From IMG/VR virus record IMGVR_UViG_3300048571_000088, positions 124,001 to 188,000 of that record: a stretch of 64,000 bases of DNA; one strand, 5' to 3'. The position numbers and the translations under genes are program-made. Positions 10,833 through 21,526 of the stretch are shown here, piece by piece. The notes below the pieces were generated by a model. That model was not told the DNA's origin. It saw nothing but the letters and a program-made list of their open reading frames with translations, and did not search any database. Numbering within the stretch: position 1 is the first letter of the stretch; every line of letters begins with the position of its first letter.

Positions 10833-11254
10833 TTCCAGCTATTACACCTGTTGGTCAAGCTGCTCAGCGAGCTTTAGGAGGTTGGGAACAACTATACAAG
10901 GAAGCTGTAAGTGATTTTCCAATACACGAAGATTTTAGTAGATTTGTAAAGGATGTTCAGGCATGGATGGTACAAGTCAACAAGGAGATGGAGATATTGT
11001 CAGCTACTTTAAAAACTCACACTCATATAGTGACTACAAGCTCAGGTCCAACTGTAAGTACACCCCCTTTAAATATGTCTAGCTATAAATGGGGAGCAAC
11101 AAGTACTGTATATGTCTTACCTACATATTTAAATACAAGTACAATACCACCTAATATAAGAGGAACTAAAGGGTATCAATACAGACCAGTAATCACTACA
11201 GTCCCTACTGTACCTGCTTACGCATCAGTTACTACTCTTACTGCAGGGATATAA
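10829..11254 (+). CDS. Small virion protein with spike-tip-like HxH motif
   Basis: LKTHTHIVTTSSGPT resembles the His-x-His apex of gpV/gp138-type spikes. Confidence 0.45.
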   Translation: MIPAITPVGQAAQRALGGWEQLYKEAVSDFPIHEDFSRFVKDVQAWMVQVNKEMEILSATLKTHTHIVTTSSGPTVSTPPLNMSSYKWGATSTVYVLPTYLNTSTIPPNIRGTKGYQYRPVITTVPTVPAYASVTTLTAGI

Positions 11255-11255
11255 T

Positions 11256-13115
11256 ATGGATCTAGAATTAAAAAATAATACACAAGATGATCTTATGGGC
11301 ATTTTTTACAATGCCCAACTACTTTCTAACTTATTTGCAAAAGGTCTCGAAGATAATGATTGCTTATTAACTAGTGTGGTTCAACTACATCAAAAGATCA
11401 ATAGTGTACATAAAGATATAGAAGACTTAGTAGATGTAGTTATAAAAGAACCAACAGAAATTATTAAAACTGTTGTACCACCTACTCAAACCATACTTAA
11501 TCCACTCGTGTCCGAGTCTATCGCTAGTGCAAAAGAAAAATGCTTTAACTGTAAACTACAACTACCTAAGATCTCATTCACTGGGGATTTAAGATTCTCA
11601 ATAGACGATCTAAAAGCTCACTTACAGCTTTACACAGATTTATTTAAACTCTCAAAAATAAATCCTTGCCAAGCTATCGACTTATTTAAGTATCAGTGTA
11701 TTCCGGATATTCTTAAGATTATTGCATTACTTCTAAATGCCTACCTAATGATTACCTCCTTAAGGCGATTAAGCGGCTTATCACTCAGTATGTTTATAAA
11801 AGGAATTATTTCAGCGCTACTAGGAAAGCTTCTAGCTAGTGTCAATATATCCGTAAACATAGGACAACTAGGGATAGGATGTTTTATTGAGTACTTAGAA
11901 AATCTAGTTAAGTTATTACCTAGTACTTCTAATATTATACAATCGCTTACTTCAGACCAGATTATCCTACTGTTAGAAAATTTACCACTTGATGTACAGT
12001 CTGTACTAATAAGGCAGTATCTAGGTAATGAAGCTGTAGGTCTAGATGATCCTCCTAACTACAGTAAGTATAGAATTAGTCAACTAGCTGTAGCCATACC
12101 TAAAGATGATCTTCCAGGTCTACTAAAACTGAATGGATTTAATACAGACTACACAGATACTATAGATATTACAAAAGCAGCTATGAATACGACAATAGAT
12201 AGTGTATCCGAATCTATAAACACTAACGGCGTAAACATAACAAACAAGATGTCTCAAGGGATAGAGAATTTTAATCAAAGATTTCTGAACAGAACAGTAA
12301 AGGATGCAGGGGAGTCTATAACTACTGCCCAACAAGGTATAGAAAGTATATTTAAAGATCTAAACGATACTGTTCAAAATGCAGTAGCACTATTTAACTC
12401 CTTTATTGATCAGATTCAATCACTCAAAGCTTACTTTGAATGTGAATTAACTAGATCAGGCGATGACTTACTTACCCTATTAAGAGACATTAATAAAATA
12501 ATTGAGAGTTTAAACTTATTTAGTTCTGTCGTATATGCACTGATGAAGAAAGAAGCAAGAGATAGATGTAAAACAGCTAAAGCAGCTAACAAGATAACTA
12601 ACACTTCTAAGTTGACAGAAGATCAATTACTACTTAAAGATTTCCTACAAGATTTCTATCAAAGAGAAGTAGATGTTGTACGAACAACACCTGAGAATGT
12701 TGAAATACTAGTATATAAGAAGTCAGTGTATTATGGATTACCTAAGATTACGTTACTTGATTGTTCTATTGATAAATTTGTAGAGAATCATAAGTTAGAT
12801 GTTATTGCTGACATAGCAACTAAAGATGTCTTACAAGAGTACGAAGATACTCAAATAGCAGTAGATAAGGGTCCTTGGGATTCTTACGTTTTTGATAACT
12901 TAACAGATTCTCCTTTGTTTCAAGAAGAGTTAAAGAATATTACTGATATTTTATATACTAAGCCTAACAAAGCCGTACAACCTAGTACAGAAAAGACAAC
13001 TTACAACTTAGCTCCTACTTACAATCAAGAGTTAAACAATAAACTTACCAATACAGTTAAATGTACTTCTATAGAAGACGTACTTAATATACTAGATACT
13101 ATAAAAAGGAGTTAA
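11256..13115 (+). CDS. Hypothetical helical protein (619 aa) with scattered Cys and a hydrophobic segment
   Basis: Long ORF tightly packed between neighbours; no recognisable motif. Confidence 0.6.
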   Translation: MDLELKNNTQDDLMGIFYNAQLLSNLFAKGLEDNDCLLTSVVQLHQKINSVHKDIEDLVDVVIKEPTEIIKTVVPPTQTILNPLVSESIASAKEKCFNCKLQLPKISFTGDLRFSIDDLKAHLQLYTDLFKLSKINPCQAIDLFKYQCIPDILKIIALLLNAYLMITSLRRLSGLSLSMFIKGIISALLGKLLASVNISVNIGQLGIGCFIEYLENLVKLLPSTSNIIQSLTSDQIILLLENLPLDVQSVLIRQYLGNEAVGLDDPPNYSKYRISQLAVAIPKDDLPGLLKLNGFNTDYTDTIDITKAAMNTTIDSVSESINTNGVNITNKMSQGIENFNQRFLNRTVKDAGESITTAQQGIESIFKDLNDTVQNAVALFNSFIDQIQSLKAYFECELTRSGDDLLTLLRDINKIIESLNLFSSVVYALMKKEARDRCKTAKAANKITNTSKLTEDQLLLKDFLQDFYQREVDVVRTTPENVEILVYKKSVYYGLPKITLLDCSIDKFVENHKLDVIADIATKDVLQEYEDTQIAVDKGPWDSYVFDNLTDSPLFQEELKNITDILYTKPNKAVQPSTEKTTYNLAPTYNQELNNKLTNTVKCTSIEDVLNILDTIKRS

Positions 13116-13121
13116 CAAGGA

Positions 13122-14732
13122 GTGGTAAACGAATTAAGTAATCACGTAATAGAAGACGCTGCAAGAGCTATAAATCTAGTAAGAACAAATAGTCCTAATT
13201 TCCGTTACATTACTAGTAGACTTAATGGCTTCAATCCTGACTGGTACACAGATATGGAGTACGATCTTTCTGAACACGGGAGGATAATAGATACAGATTC
13301 TTTTGTCTCTAGTGCCCTCAGAAAGAAAAGACAATCAATTTGTAAAGAAGGAGTTGAGCTTATCTCTGACGTACCTAGGAACTTACAATACATTCAGAAA
13401 AGATTAGAAGAATTTGAATATGTCTCTGGACAATCATTTGAGTCTCTAGTGGAAGAAATAACTGAAAATATGGTTAATTTTAATAATTGTTTTATTCTGA
13501 AGTACAGAAAAGAGGAAAATTCTACAGGGTTAATAAGGTACTCAGGTGAGACTGCTATCAAACCTATAGCAGGTATTTATATACTAGCAGCACCAACTAT
13601 AGATACAGCTACTGATAAGATAGGAAATATTATTAAGTACAGACACAGAATCAGTTCTGTATATACGAAGATATTTAAAGCTTCTGATATACTACATATG
13701 TACCAGAATAAAAGAACAGGAATAACAATAGGTACTCCCCCTCTTGAGGCTGTTAAAGATGACGTATACGCACTTAGAAATATTGAGCAGTGCGCTGAGA
13801 CCATGATCTACAGAAATGCATCACCTTTCATACATGTAAAAGTAGGAGAGAAAGATTCGCCAGCTAGAACACTAGCAGATGGATCTTCAGAGATTGATAT
13901 ATATTCTTCTATCATAGATAACATGCATCAGTTTGGTGGAGTTGCAACTCCACACAGAGTATCAATAGATTTAAAAGGTTCTGAATCTCAAGCTTTAAGA
14001 CTTGAATCGTACCTAAGGCACTATCAAAACAGAGTACTAGCAGGTCTATGTACTTCAGAAGTAGATCTAGCTATAAGTAATAGTACAACTGGAGGTTCTG
14101 CTGGTATAATTTCTCAACCTTTAAAAGATGAAGTAAGAGCGTATCAGAAAACTATTTCTGATTTTATAACCAACAAGCTTTTCTGTGAGTTACTCTTAGA
14201 GTCTCCGTACTATAAGAACAAATTAACCATACCGGTAAAAGAAAGAGTCAGACTATCATTTAATGAGAATGATATTTCTACTAGGATTAAGATAGAGTCA
14301 CATTATCTTAATCTTTTCCAAGGTGGACTAATCACTAAAGAGTTTGCTTCCCTACATATTAAAAATATGGTTAAGAAAGACATACAACCTGATCCTCTTG
14401 TGGAAAATAAAGGTAGTGTAAGTGTAATTAAAAAGAGTAGCTCTGGCACTGTTTCAAATGCACTAAATCAAGAGTCTAATTCAGGAGGTAAAAAGATTCA
14501 AGATAGTTTTACCCTTGAGTTTAACAGGGATTCTGATTTAGACTCCATTAATTCTTTTATACAGAATAAAATGTTGCATAATAACTATTCATATGGTATA
14601 ATAGATGCCATATATGATTACAATACTCAATACCAAGATAGTTTAAGTTCAGAAGATATTAAGGAATTAATATTTAATGACATACTTGACTACTTACTAA
14701 TTAAAGAGGATAATGAATTTGAAGATAAATGA
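13122..14732 (+). CDS. Portal protein
   Basis: GTG start with GGAG-like RBS, size 536 aa, position before protease and capsid genes, and portal-like segments (NCFILKYR, DILHM...GTPPLEAV...LRNIE). Confidence 0.8.
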   Translation: MVNELSNHVIEDAARAINLVRTNSPNFRYITSRLNGFNPDWYTDMEYDLSEHGRIIDTDSFVSSALRKKRQSICKEGVELISDVPRNLQYIQKRLEEFEYVSGQSFESLVEEITENMVNFNNCFILKYRKEENSTGLIRYSGETAIKPIAGIYILAAPTIDTATDKIGNIIKYRHRISSVYTKIFKASDILHMYQNKRTGITIGTPPLEAVKDDVYALRNIEQCAETMIYRNASPFIHVKVGEKDSPARTLADGSSEIDIYSSIIDNMHQFGGVATPHRVSIDLKGSESQALRLESYLRHYQNRVLAGLCTSEVDLAISNSTTGGSAGIISQPLKDEVRAYQKTISDFITNKLFCELLLESPYYKNKLTIPVKERVRLSFNENDISTRIKIESHYLNLFQGGLITKEFASLHIKNMVKKDIQPDPLVENKGSVSVIKKSSSGTVSNALNQESNSGGKKIQDSFTLEFNRDSDLDSINSFIQNKMLHNNYSYGIIDAIYDYNTQYQDSLSSEDIKELIFNDILDYLLIKEDNEFEDK

Positions 14733-16377
14733 TAGTATCAGGTTAAAAATTAATCCTGATTACTTCTCTATAGAAGATAGTAATAAACCAAAATCTATAC
14801 GTGTAAAAATAGAAGCTTCTCATGCTGGTAAGATAAACATTAATAATGTTTTTTACACTCCAAAAGCATTAAGGCAGGGGTGTGAAAGTTTAGTAAAACC
14901 GTACACCAAGATGCTTCAAAAATGTCACTACTCTAAGTCGGTAGGACCTATAGAAAAATCTTACTATGTAGATAGTATAGATACTTCTAGTTCGTTGTAT
15001 CAGAACATATCAAATGCTTCTACTCCTGCAGCATTGGTGTCTAGTGTACATGAGTACTTAAACTCTGAGCACAGCAAAAAAAATAACAAAGGGTTAGGTA
15101 GTATGTTCCTAGAAGGTACTATACATGACGAACAAAAAATTGTAGACATATTAGACCACAATGCAGGATTTGTATCTATTGCAGGAGACTCTAAGAGTGC
15201 TTTTTGTAGTATTTGTAGTAGTGTAGCCGGTATATGTACACATAAGCCAGGACTAACATACAACAAAAGAAAGGCGTTTGTTATTGTAGACTCATCAGAA
15301 TTAGATCATGTAAGTTTTGAAGAAGATCCTGCAGACAGAGAAACACATACTTATGTAATAGAAGACTCTTCTTTACCTCATAATATAGATATACTTAATA
15401 CAAACAATCAAGGACAACACATGAAAATAACTTTATCTGATTTAAAATCAAAATTATCAGATTTACCTGTACTACTAACTGAATTTAAAATTAAACCTGA
15501 TTACACTATTTCTGATAGTGTTAATATTTCAGACTTCCTGTTTGTAGAAGATAGTCTACTACCTTTAACTAGTAAAGCTTCTCTTTACTTAGCTGACAAA
15601 TTACTATTCACTTTGGAAGATTCGACTGACAAAGATTTCTTAACTGAAAAAGTTCAAGCTGCTTCTGTTGTACTGGGAGTAGATCTTCTTACCCTAGAAG
15701 AAGAATTAGTAGAGAAAGAAGTAGAAGAAACTGTTCCGCCAGTAGTTCCTACAACCACTGATAATGTTTCTGTTGATCTGTTACTAGCTATTTCAGAGTT
15801 AAGTGAAAAATTAACTGCACTGTCAACATCAGTACTTACACTCCAAGATAGTAATAAAGGTACAGATCTCCAAAAATCTGAGATCGCTGCACTTCGTAAA
15901 GACAATGCAACCAAATCTACCGTGATTAGTAAACTTACTACTCAACTTAAAGACTCAGTGATAAGTAAGTTTACTTCTAAGATAGAAGATGCTGCTAAAA
16001 GAGATAAATTAGTTCAAGACTTAAGTACTAAATCATTAAGTGAACTGGAAACTGCTCTTACCTTACTAGATAGTGTATCTGCTACTACTATTACTCCTGC
16101 ACCAGAAGTAAAAGAAGAGGAAGTTACACAACCAGAACTTAAACCAGCAACAATTGATACTGCTATACTAGATACCGCTACAAAGACGGATGCAGAATTA
16201 GAAAAAGAATCTAAAGATCAATTAATAACTGACTATGTAGCTACTCTTGAAATCAAAGATAACTGCATATCAAAAACTAAACTTAAAGAGTTATATAAAA
16301 CTGTAGCTCTAAAAGACGGGTTTGACACTGCACAAGCAGTTGTAGCCCATATCCAACAAACTTTCACATTGAAATAA
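14713..16377 (+). CDS. Prohead protease with C-terminal scaffold
   Basis: ASHAG...N..FY, His in CHYSKSVG, VSI Ser motif followed by CSIC...CTH and HVSF...PAD; acidic coiled-coil C-terminal half; synteny. Confidence 0.78.
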   Translation: MNLKINDSIRLKINPDYFSIEDSNKPKSIRVKIEASHAGKININNVFYTPKALRQGCESLVKPYTKMLQKCHYSKSVGPIEKSYYVDSIDTSSSLYQNISNASTPAALVSSVHEYLNSEHSKKNNKGLGSMFLEGTIHDEQKIVDILDHNAGFVSIAGDSKSAFCSICSSVAGICTHKPGLTYNKRKAFVIVDSSELDHVSFEEDPADRETHTYVIEDSSLPHNIDILNTNNQGQHMKITLSDLKSKLSDLPVLLTEFKIKPDYTISDSVNISDFLFVEDSLLPLTSKASLYLADKLLFTLEDSTDKDFLTEKVQAASVVLGVDLLTLEEELVEKEVEETVPPVVPTTTDNVSVDLLLAISELSEKLTALSTSVLTLQDSNKGTDLQKSEIAALRKDNATKSTVISKLTTQLKDSVISKFTSKIEDAAKRDKLVQDLSTKSLSELETALTLLDSVSATTITPAPEVKEEEVTQPELKPATIDTAILDTATKTDAELEKESKDQLITDYVATLEIKDNCISKTKLKELYKTVALKDGFDTAQAVVAHIQQTFTLK

Positions 16378-16396
16378 TATCGGAGATATTTTTAAT

Positions 16397-17344
16397 ATGC
16401 CTACTTACTCTAGTTTTTCTAACAGCACAAAAAACCGTCAAGGCTTTGATATTCCTGTGCAACACTTACCTAGCAACAGTCACAGCAATGGTATTTCACC
16501 TGCTGGTAAATTTATTGTCGCCCCTTACTTACCTCTGTTACGTTACAACAGTGAGAAATTTACTTTCACAGTAATATCTGGTGGTAAGCCACTAGCTTTT
16601 GATGCTAAGGGTTCTGTAGTTCCTGCTGGTCTTCGTTTAGAAGCTATTGCATATGCTACTGACTTGGCAACTTCTGTTGCTACTGCTGATACTAATGCAT
16701 TAGTACGTTATACTCAACTCGACGTACAAGAACAAACTCGTAACTTTAAAGGTGTCTTAGTTGTAGCTGGCGAGCCAGTAGTTAAGTCATTCTTCACTGG
16801 TACTACTTTAGACAACGAAGTTTCATACTTCACTAGTGTAGCTTTCTCAGACGTCTGGCAACATGCTGGCGGTGACAACTTAAACCCAACTACGCTAACT
16901 TACACTAACTTTAATCGTCAACCTGTTATTTCTATCGTGTGTGACAATCATCAACAATATCCTATCGTTAAAGATTTAGCTACTATGCGTACTGCACCTT
17001 TAGCTGGTATTGCTGCAATGATTGGTATGCCTTCTGATTTTGGTTGGGGTTCATTCGTTACTTATGATCGTGAGTCAAACTTCGTTCCTGCAGCAAAACA
17101 CGGCTATGGCAGTGCAAACCCTGCTTCGATTGTAGGTCAGATTACTGGTATTACAGTATTCAAAGATCCTACTACTAACGCTAAAGTCGGCAATCACAAC
17201 TACCTAGACAAAGTAGTCGGTCCTAACCAAGCTACCGCTAACGTACTTAATCAGCTCCCTAGTTCACACAATGATGGTATGGGTACCTTCTTAACCTACT
17301 CTAATGGTTACGGTATGGTTGAGTTTGGCGTACAGACTCGCTAA
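16397..17344 (+). CDS. Abundant capsid-associated protein (decoration/cement-like)
   Basis: Lies immediately upstream of the major capsid gene and shows high-expression codon bias (CGT, GGT, GCT). Confidence 0.6.
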   Translation: MPTYSSFSNSTKNRQGFDIPVQHLPSNSHSNGISPAGKFIVAPYLPLLRYNSEKFTFTVISGGKPLAFDAKGSVVPAGLRLEAIAYATDLATSVATADTNALVRYTQLDVQEQTRNFKGVLVVAGEPVVKSFFTGTTLDNEVSYFTSVAFSDVWQHAGGDNLNPTTLTYTNFNRQPVISIVCDNHQQYPIVKDLATMRTAPLAGIAAMIGMPSDFGWGSFVTYDRESNFVPAAKHGYGSANPASIVGQITGITVFKDPTTNAKVGNHNYLDKVVGPNQATANVLNQLPSSHNDGMGTFLTYSNGYGMVEFGVQTR

Positions 17345-17374
17345 TTAATAATTAAATAATAAAGGAAATAATAC

Positions 17375-18553
17375 ATGAAAATTGAAGACATTCGTAAATT
17401 AGTACACAATGGTGGTCTTGATCCTGAGCACGATGTACATTTTAAACTAAAAGACGCCATTGCTACTCCAGATGCAACTGAAATGTTAAAGCGTACCTAC
17501 ACTGAAATTATTCAAGATGTAGTACAGATGGAGTTAGTAGGCACTAAGTTAATTAAAGTAATGAAGCATGATGCTGATATTGGCGAGTCAGTTACATTCC
17601 GTTATTTCGGTGCTGGTAACATCCCTAACGTAACTCGTGGAGAGGGTGGTGAATATCCTAAGTTTAGTTTAGCAAGTGGTCAAGTTTCTACAATCAAAGC
17701 TCAATTTGGGCAGTTTGGTTTAGTAGTTGATATCACTAGCGAAGAAATTGAAAAATCACAATGGGATGTTATTCGCTCCCATATTACTGAAGCTGGACGT
17801 GCACTAGGTCGTGCTAAAGAACACGCTATCTTCCAATTGTTTGAGAGTCAAGGTGTTGTCGTATTTGATAACGTAGTTACTAATCCATCAGTCAAAGGTA
17901 AATGTTCTGGTTATGATCGTTGGGCTGTAGCTAACGGTTCTATTACTCAAGAAGATCTGTTTGATATGTATAGCCAAGGTCTTGCTAATGGTTACAATCC
18001 AAATGTAATCCTTATGCATCCACTTGCATTCCCTATCTTCCAAAAAGATCCTATTTTACGTAACGCTGGTTATAACTTATATAATCCTCGTGAGTATATT
18101 AATAGCCAACTGAATCCTACTAATTCATATAAGAATGGTACAGTCGATACGTGGAGAAACCAACAACGTGCAGCTAATGGTAAAGCAGGTCGTCTAGAAG
18201 GTAAAGATATTCCTCTTACTTCGACTGGCTTCTCTAGCTTACCATCATATTCACCTCTTTCAGGTATGAATATTGTACTATCACATTTTGTACCTTTTGA
18301 TGACGTCAATCAGACTACTTCGGTAATCATGCTTGATACTAATGCATCCGGTGTACTAAATATTCGTTCTCCTCTCAGTGTTGATTCATGGGATGAAATG
18401 AGTCGTGAAATCACTTCTGTTCGTATTAAAGAATCGTACAGTTTGGATGTTCTTGATGGCGGCCTAGGTATCCTAGTAGCTAAAAACGTACCTCTAGTAC
18501 CTAATGAAATGTTCTACAACCCACAAGTTGTTATTAACGATCCAACTCCATAA
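17375..18553 (+). CDS. Major capsid protein (HK97 fold)
   Basis: EGGEYP, FGLVVDITSEEIEKSQWDVI...AGRALGRAKE and ILMHPLAF match HK97-fold capsid patterns; strong codon bias; RBS AAGGA. Confidence 0.9.
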   Translation: MKIEDIRKLVHNGGLDPEHDVHFKLKDAIATPDATEMLKRTYTEIIQDVVQMELVGTKLIKVMKHDADIGESVTFRYFGAGNIPNVTRGEGGEYPKFSLASGQVSTIKAQFGQFGLVVDITSEEIEKSQWDVIRSHITEAGRALGRAKEHAIFQLFESQGVVVFDNVVTNPSVKGKCSGYDRWAVANGSITQEDLFDMYSQGLANGYNPNVILMHPLAFPIFQKDPILRNAGYNLYNPREYINSQLNPTNSYKNGTVDTWRNQQRAANGKAGRLEGKDIPLTSTGFSSLPSYSPLSGMNIVLSHFVPFDDVNQTTSVIMLDTNASGVLNIRSPLSVDSWDEMSREITSVRIKESYSLDVLDGGLGILVAKNVPLVPNEMFYNPQVVINDPTP

Positions 18554-18569
18554 TACATAACTTTCACAT

Positions 18570-18597
18570 GCCTAGGAGACAATTAAACCTCCTAGGC
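18570..18597 (+). terminator. Stem-loop after the major capsid gene (no U-tract; weak terminator or mRNA-stabilising hairpin)
   Basis: GCCTAGGAG-10 nt-CTCCTAGGC. Confidence 0.5.
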
Positions 18598-18614
18598 TAA
18601 AGGGACATCATTAC

Positions 18615-18950
18615 ATGACATTAAAAATAGAAATAACAAAAAAACAATCTTTCTTTTTTTGTGGTGCTGTTGCACTATCTAAGAAAGTAACTCCTAGTTT
18701 AGAACTCGATTTAAAAACTATTGACAGCACTACAGCCAAGGGCTTACTTCGTGGTTACCAATCAGGTAGTATCAACATTTCAGAAGGTCTTGAAGAGCTG
18801 ACTGCAATTGCACACCCAGTTAAAACTGAAACTAAAACTCCAGTTGTACTAGAAACCTTAGCTGACGTTACCGTCCAAGAAGATAAAGAAGAAGTAGCAC
18901 CTGTTGCAAAAACTAGCCGAACAGCTAAAAAGGCTAACACAGAACTCTAA
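18615..18950 (+). CDS. Small hypothetical head-associated protein
   Basis: 111-aa ORF after the capsid gene with a low-complexity tail. Confidence 0.6.
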   Translation: MTLKIEITKKQSFFFCGAVALSKKVTPSLELDLKTIDSTTAKGLLRGYQSGSINISEGLEELTAIAHPVKTETKTPVVLETLADVTVQEDKEEVAPVAKTSRTAKKANTEL

Positions 18951-18965
18951 CTAGGAGTAGGTTTA

Positions 18966-20015
18966 ATGAGTATTAAACTGCTGAATACCGAACAAGAGTT
19001 AAAATCATTTCCTATTACTCAGAAGTTCACATTAGAGTGTTCTTCTGATATAGATTTAACAGATGTTGTGAATACTATATTTCTAGTTAATACTACTAGA
19101 CGAGACTCACTACTTAATCTTAGTGAACCTAGAAACTTTAACTTAGCACTAGCTAAAGATACATATGGTACTGTACCAATTAAGATAGAAAAGACAACTT
19201 CTGGAGTAGGCTGTACCCTTACAGTTTCACCTTTAGATCCTCTTTCTTTGTCTTCTAGCTATATTCTTTATATAGACAAGCAACTTTCTGAACCATTTAC
19301 TGAAGTAGTAAAAACACAAAGTAAGAGTTCTTCAGAAGTTTTAGTAGAACCAGGAACATACTTAAATCCTGGAAATAAAGTATATACAGTGAAGTTACTT
19401 ACTACTAGTAGTTTTACTAGTACAGGACACACTGTAAAGATAGAAGTCACATCTGGCTCTGAAATAACTACTAAACTGTTAAATTTAAACAAAGTTAACT
19501 ACATAGAGCTTAAAGACTCTAAATTAATATTTCCTTCTAAAGCGTATGTAAGTGGTGAAGAATTCTCTGTTACTCTGTATAACAGAACTGTATTCCTAGA
19601 TGAGAGTCTTGCTTACGAGATAAGTACCGCAGGTTCGTCCTCTATTACTCCTCTTCCTTTAGAACAACATTCTACAACAGTAAGTAATCAAGATGTAATT
19701 GATTTCTACAATAGTGTTACATCGTTCACTCCTGTAACCGAAGTTAAATATATACTTACTTATTTAAGTACAAATAGTTTTCAATTAGTTCTTAACTCTG
19801 TTGTAACAAAGAGTGATATTGATATATCTAATATGAAAATATCTGTATCTGCTGCGTTTAATAATTACTTACTAAGTTCTATGGGACTATACGATCCAGA
19901 GCTTAAGTATACAGTTAAGATACTCTGGGATGAAGACGAAAACGCTATACAATTTATCTGTTCTTCTGACAACCTAGCTACAGATTTAGTAACAATTGAT
20001 ACTAGTGAGTGGTGA
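18966..20015 (+). CDS. Virion protein, probably beta-rich/Ig-like
   Basis: LTVSPLDPLSLSSSYILYI resembles Big_5/SbsA-type Ig strands; RBS AGGAG. Confidence 0.5.
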   Translation: MSIKLLNTEQELKSFPITQKFTLECSSDIDLTDVVNTIFLVNTTRRDSLLNLSEPRNFNLALAKDTYGTVPIKIEKTTSGVGCTLTVSPLDPLSLSSSYILYIDKQLSEPFTEVVKTQSKSSSEVLVEPGTYLNPGNKVYTVKLLTTSSFTSTGHTVKIEVTSGSEITTKLLNLNKVNYIELKDSKLIFPSKAYVSGEEFSVTLYNRTVFLDESLAYEISTAGSSSITPLPLEQHSTTVSNQDVIDFYNSVTSFTPVTEVKYILTYLSTNSFQLVLNSVVTKSDIDISNMKISVSAAFNNYLLSSMGLYDPELKYTVKILWDEDENAIQFICSSDNLATDLVTIDTSEW

Positions 20016-20019
20016 TTAA

Positions 20020-20388
20020 ATGCTAACATACTTAATATCTGATGCCTATCCTTACTCTCCTTCCGAAGGTTATGTAGTAATTACAAAGCAGCAACTATGT
20101 CTTAAAACTAATTATCAAGTTTTACAACTTAAGAACACTAGTAAACAACCTATAAACTTACTTCAAATAAGAATTAAAAGTCCTCTTGGAATTATGATTG
20201 CTGAAGCTTATGGTCTAAGCATTTCTATAGATCCAGATCAAATGGAAGCATACAGCTTCTCTTCTGTACTAGTCCCAGACGTTATAATTAATCCTGATAC
20301 AATCTATCATGTTATTTTAAAATTTACACAAAACACTATTATAGATAAACAAGTAAATAATTTAACAATAGAGGCTAACTGGATATGA
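20020..20388 (+). CDS. Hypothetical protein
   Basis: Packed ORF with an ATGA overlap to the next gene. Confidence 0.55.
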   Translation: MLTYLISDAYPYSPSEGYVVITKQQLCLKTNYQVLQLKNTSKQPINLLQIRIKSPLGIMIAEAYGLSISIDPDQMEAYSFSSVLVPDVIINPDTIYHVILKFTQNTIIDKQVNNLTIEANWI

Positions 20389-21017
20389 ATATAGACTTAA
20401 AGCTGACTGTACCTTTTGTATCTAGTACCCAGTATTCAAATATAGTACTAAAGACAAGTGTACTGCTTGAACCTTTCTATACAACAGAGGAAGATGTACT
20501 TAACCAACTTCTAGAAGTCGATACAAATAATAAAATTAAGAACTTGAGAAAGATTATTTTTGATAAGTCAGTAATAGTTCTAGGGCAAACTAGAAAATTA
20601 GAGAGTTTTAACCTCCTTGATAAGTTTGCAATGTTTAATCTAAGACGACAGTACACAACATGCTTAGTGGTTTATGAGGCAACAAAATTACTTAAGGCTG
20701 ACAGTTACTCTTCTAATGCTAGAAGTAAGAAACTAGGTGACTTTGAAGTAAAGACAGATACTACTGCTAATACAGACATACTTAAAAGAATACTAGATGA
20801 CACTCAAGAATGTATTTCACATTATGAACAACTAATAAAAGACTTTGAAAGCGAAAGAGTAGTTCCTAGATCTTTTGTAAAAGGTGATAGTAATCCTTTA
20901 AATACAAACTCTGCAGGTAGGATGTGGTGGCTATCAGACATGTCTCCATATAGTGATAAAGCTTTTGCTAATACAAAGTATTTTGTTGGCACTACTAAGT
21001 ACAAAGATGGCAGGTAA
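20385..21017 (+). CDS. Putative head-tail adaptor (neck) protein
   Basis: Helical N-terminus then a SKKLGDFEV beta-hairpin typical of adaptors; synteny. Confidence 0.55.
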   Translation: MNIDLKLTVPFVSSTQYSNIVLKTSVLLEPFYTTEEDVLNQLLEVDTNNKIKNLRKIIFDKSVIVLGQTRKLESFNLLDKFAMFNLRRQYTTCLVVYEATKLLKADSYSSNARSKKLGDFEVKTDTTANTDILKRILDDTQECISHYEQLIKDFESERVVPRSFVKGDSNPLNTNSAGRMWWLSDMSPYSDKAFANTKYFVGTTKYKDGR

Positions 21018-21019
21018 CT

Positions 21020-21526
21020 ATGTATCAACAACCTGAATTAGATTTGACTCAAGAGTTGATAGATCTATTAGAGACTGATAAAGATTGCTCTCCTATTCAA
21101 CGACCTTTCATACTTAGAAAGAAACGTAAAGACATCAATACAAATGAATCCATTAAGTGTTCATGTTCATTATCTAGTTCGTTCTCTGAGGGGGCATTAA
21201 GTTGCCCTTATTGTAAAGGCACTGGAATATTATTCGATGAGAAAATAATACAAGGTTATGGGTACACATCTAACTACATGAGAGAAAGATATAACTTATC
21301 TTATCCTGCTCCTGTTGGTAGATCAGGTAGCGAACCACTCATACTTATCACTAGAGCTGATTTAAAAGTCGACCAGTCTGATAAAATCTACGGTCTTGAA
21401 TTAACAACTGATAGTAAGATTCAAATTCCTTTACTAATAACACATAAGTATACAGTGTACTTCACTAAGAGATTAAAAGCCTCAACAAATGCATCTGAGT
21501 TTAATCTAAGTGTATTATGGGATTAA
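21020..21526 (+). CDS. Putative head-closure/neck protein with Zn-finger insert
   Basis: CSC...CPYCKGTG motif; position between adaptor and sheath. Confidence 0.55.
   Translation: MYQQPELDLTQELIDLLETDKDCSPIQRPFILRKKRKDINTNESIKCSCSLSSSFSEGALSCPYCKGTGILFDEKIIQGYGYTSNYMRERYNLSYPAPVGRSGSEPLILITRADLKVDQSDKIYGLELTTDSKIQIPLLITHKYTVYFTKRLKASTNASEFNLSVLWD

Noticed and set aside
16378-16396. Intergenic CGGAG as another shift site
   Set aside because: It is non-coding and simply provides the GGAG ribosome-binding site of the gene at 16397.
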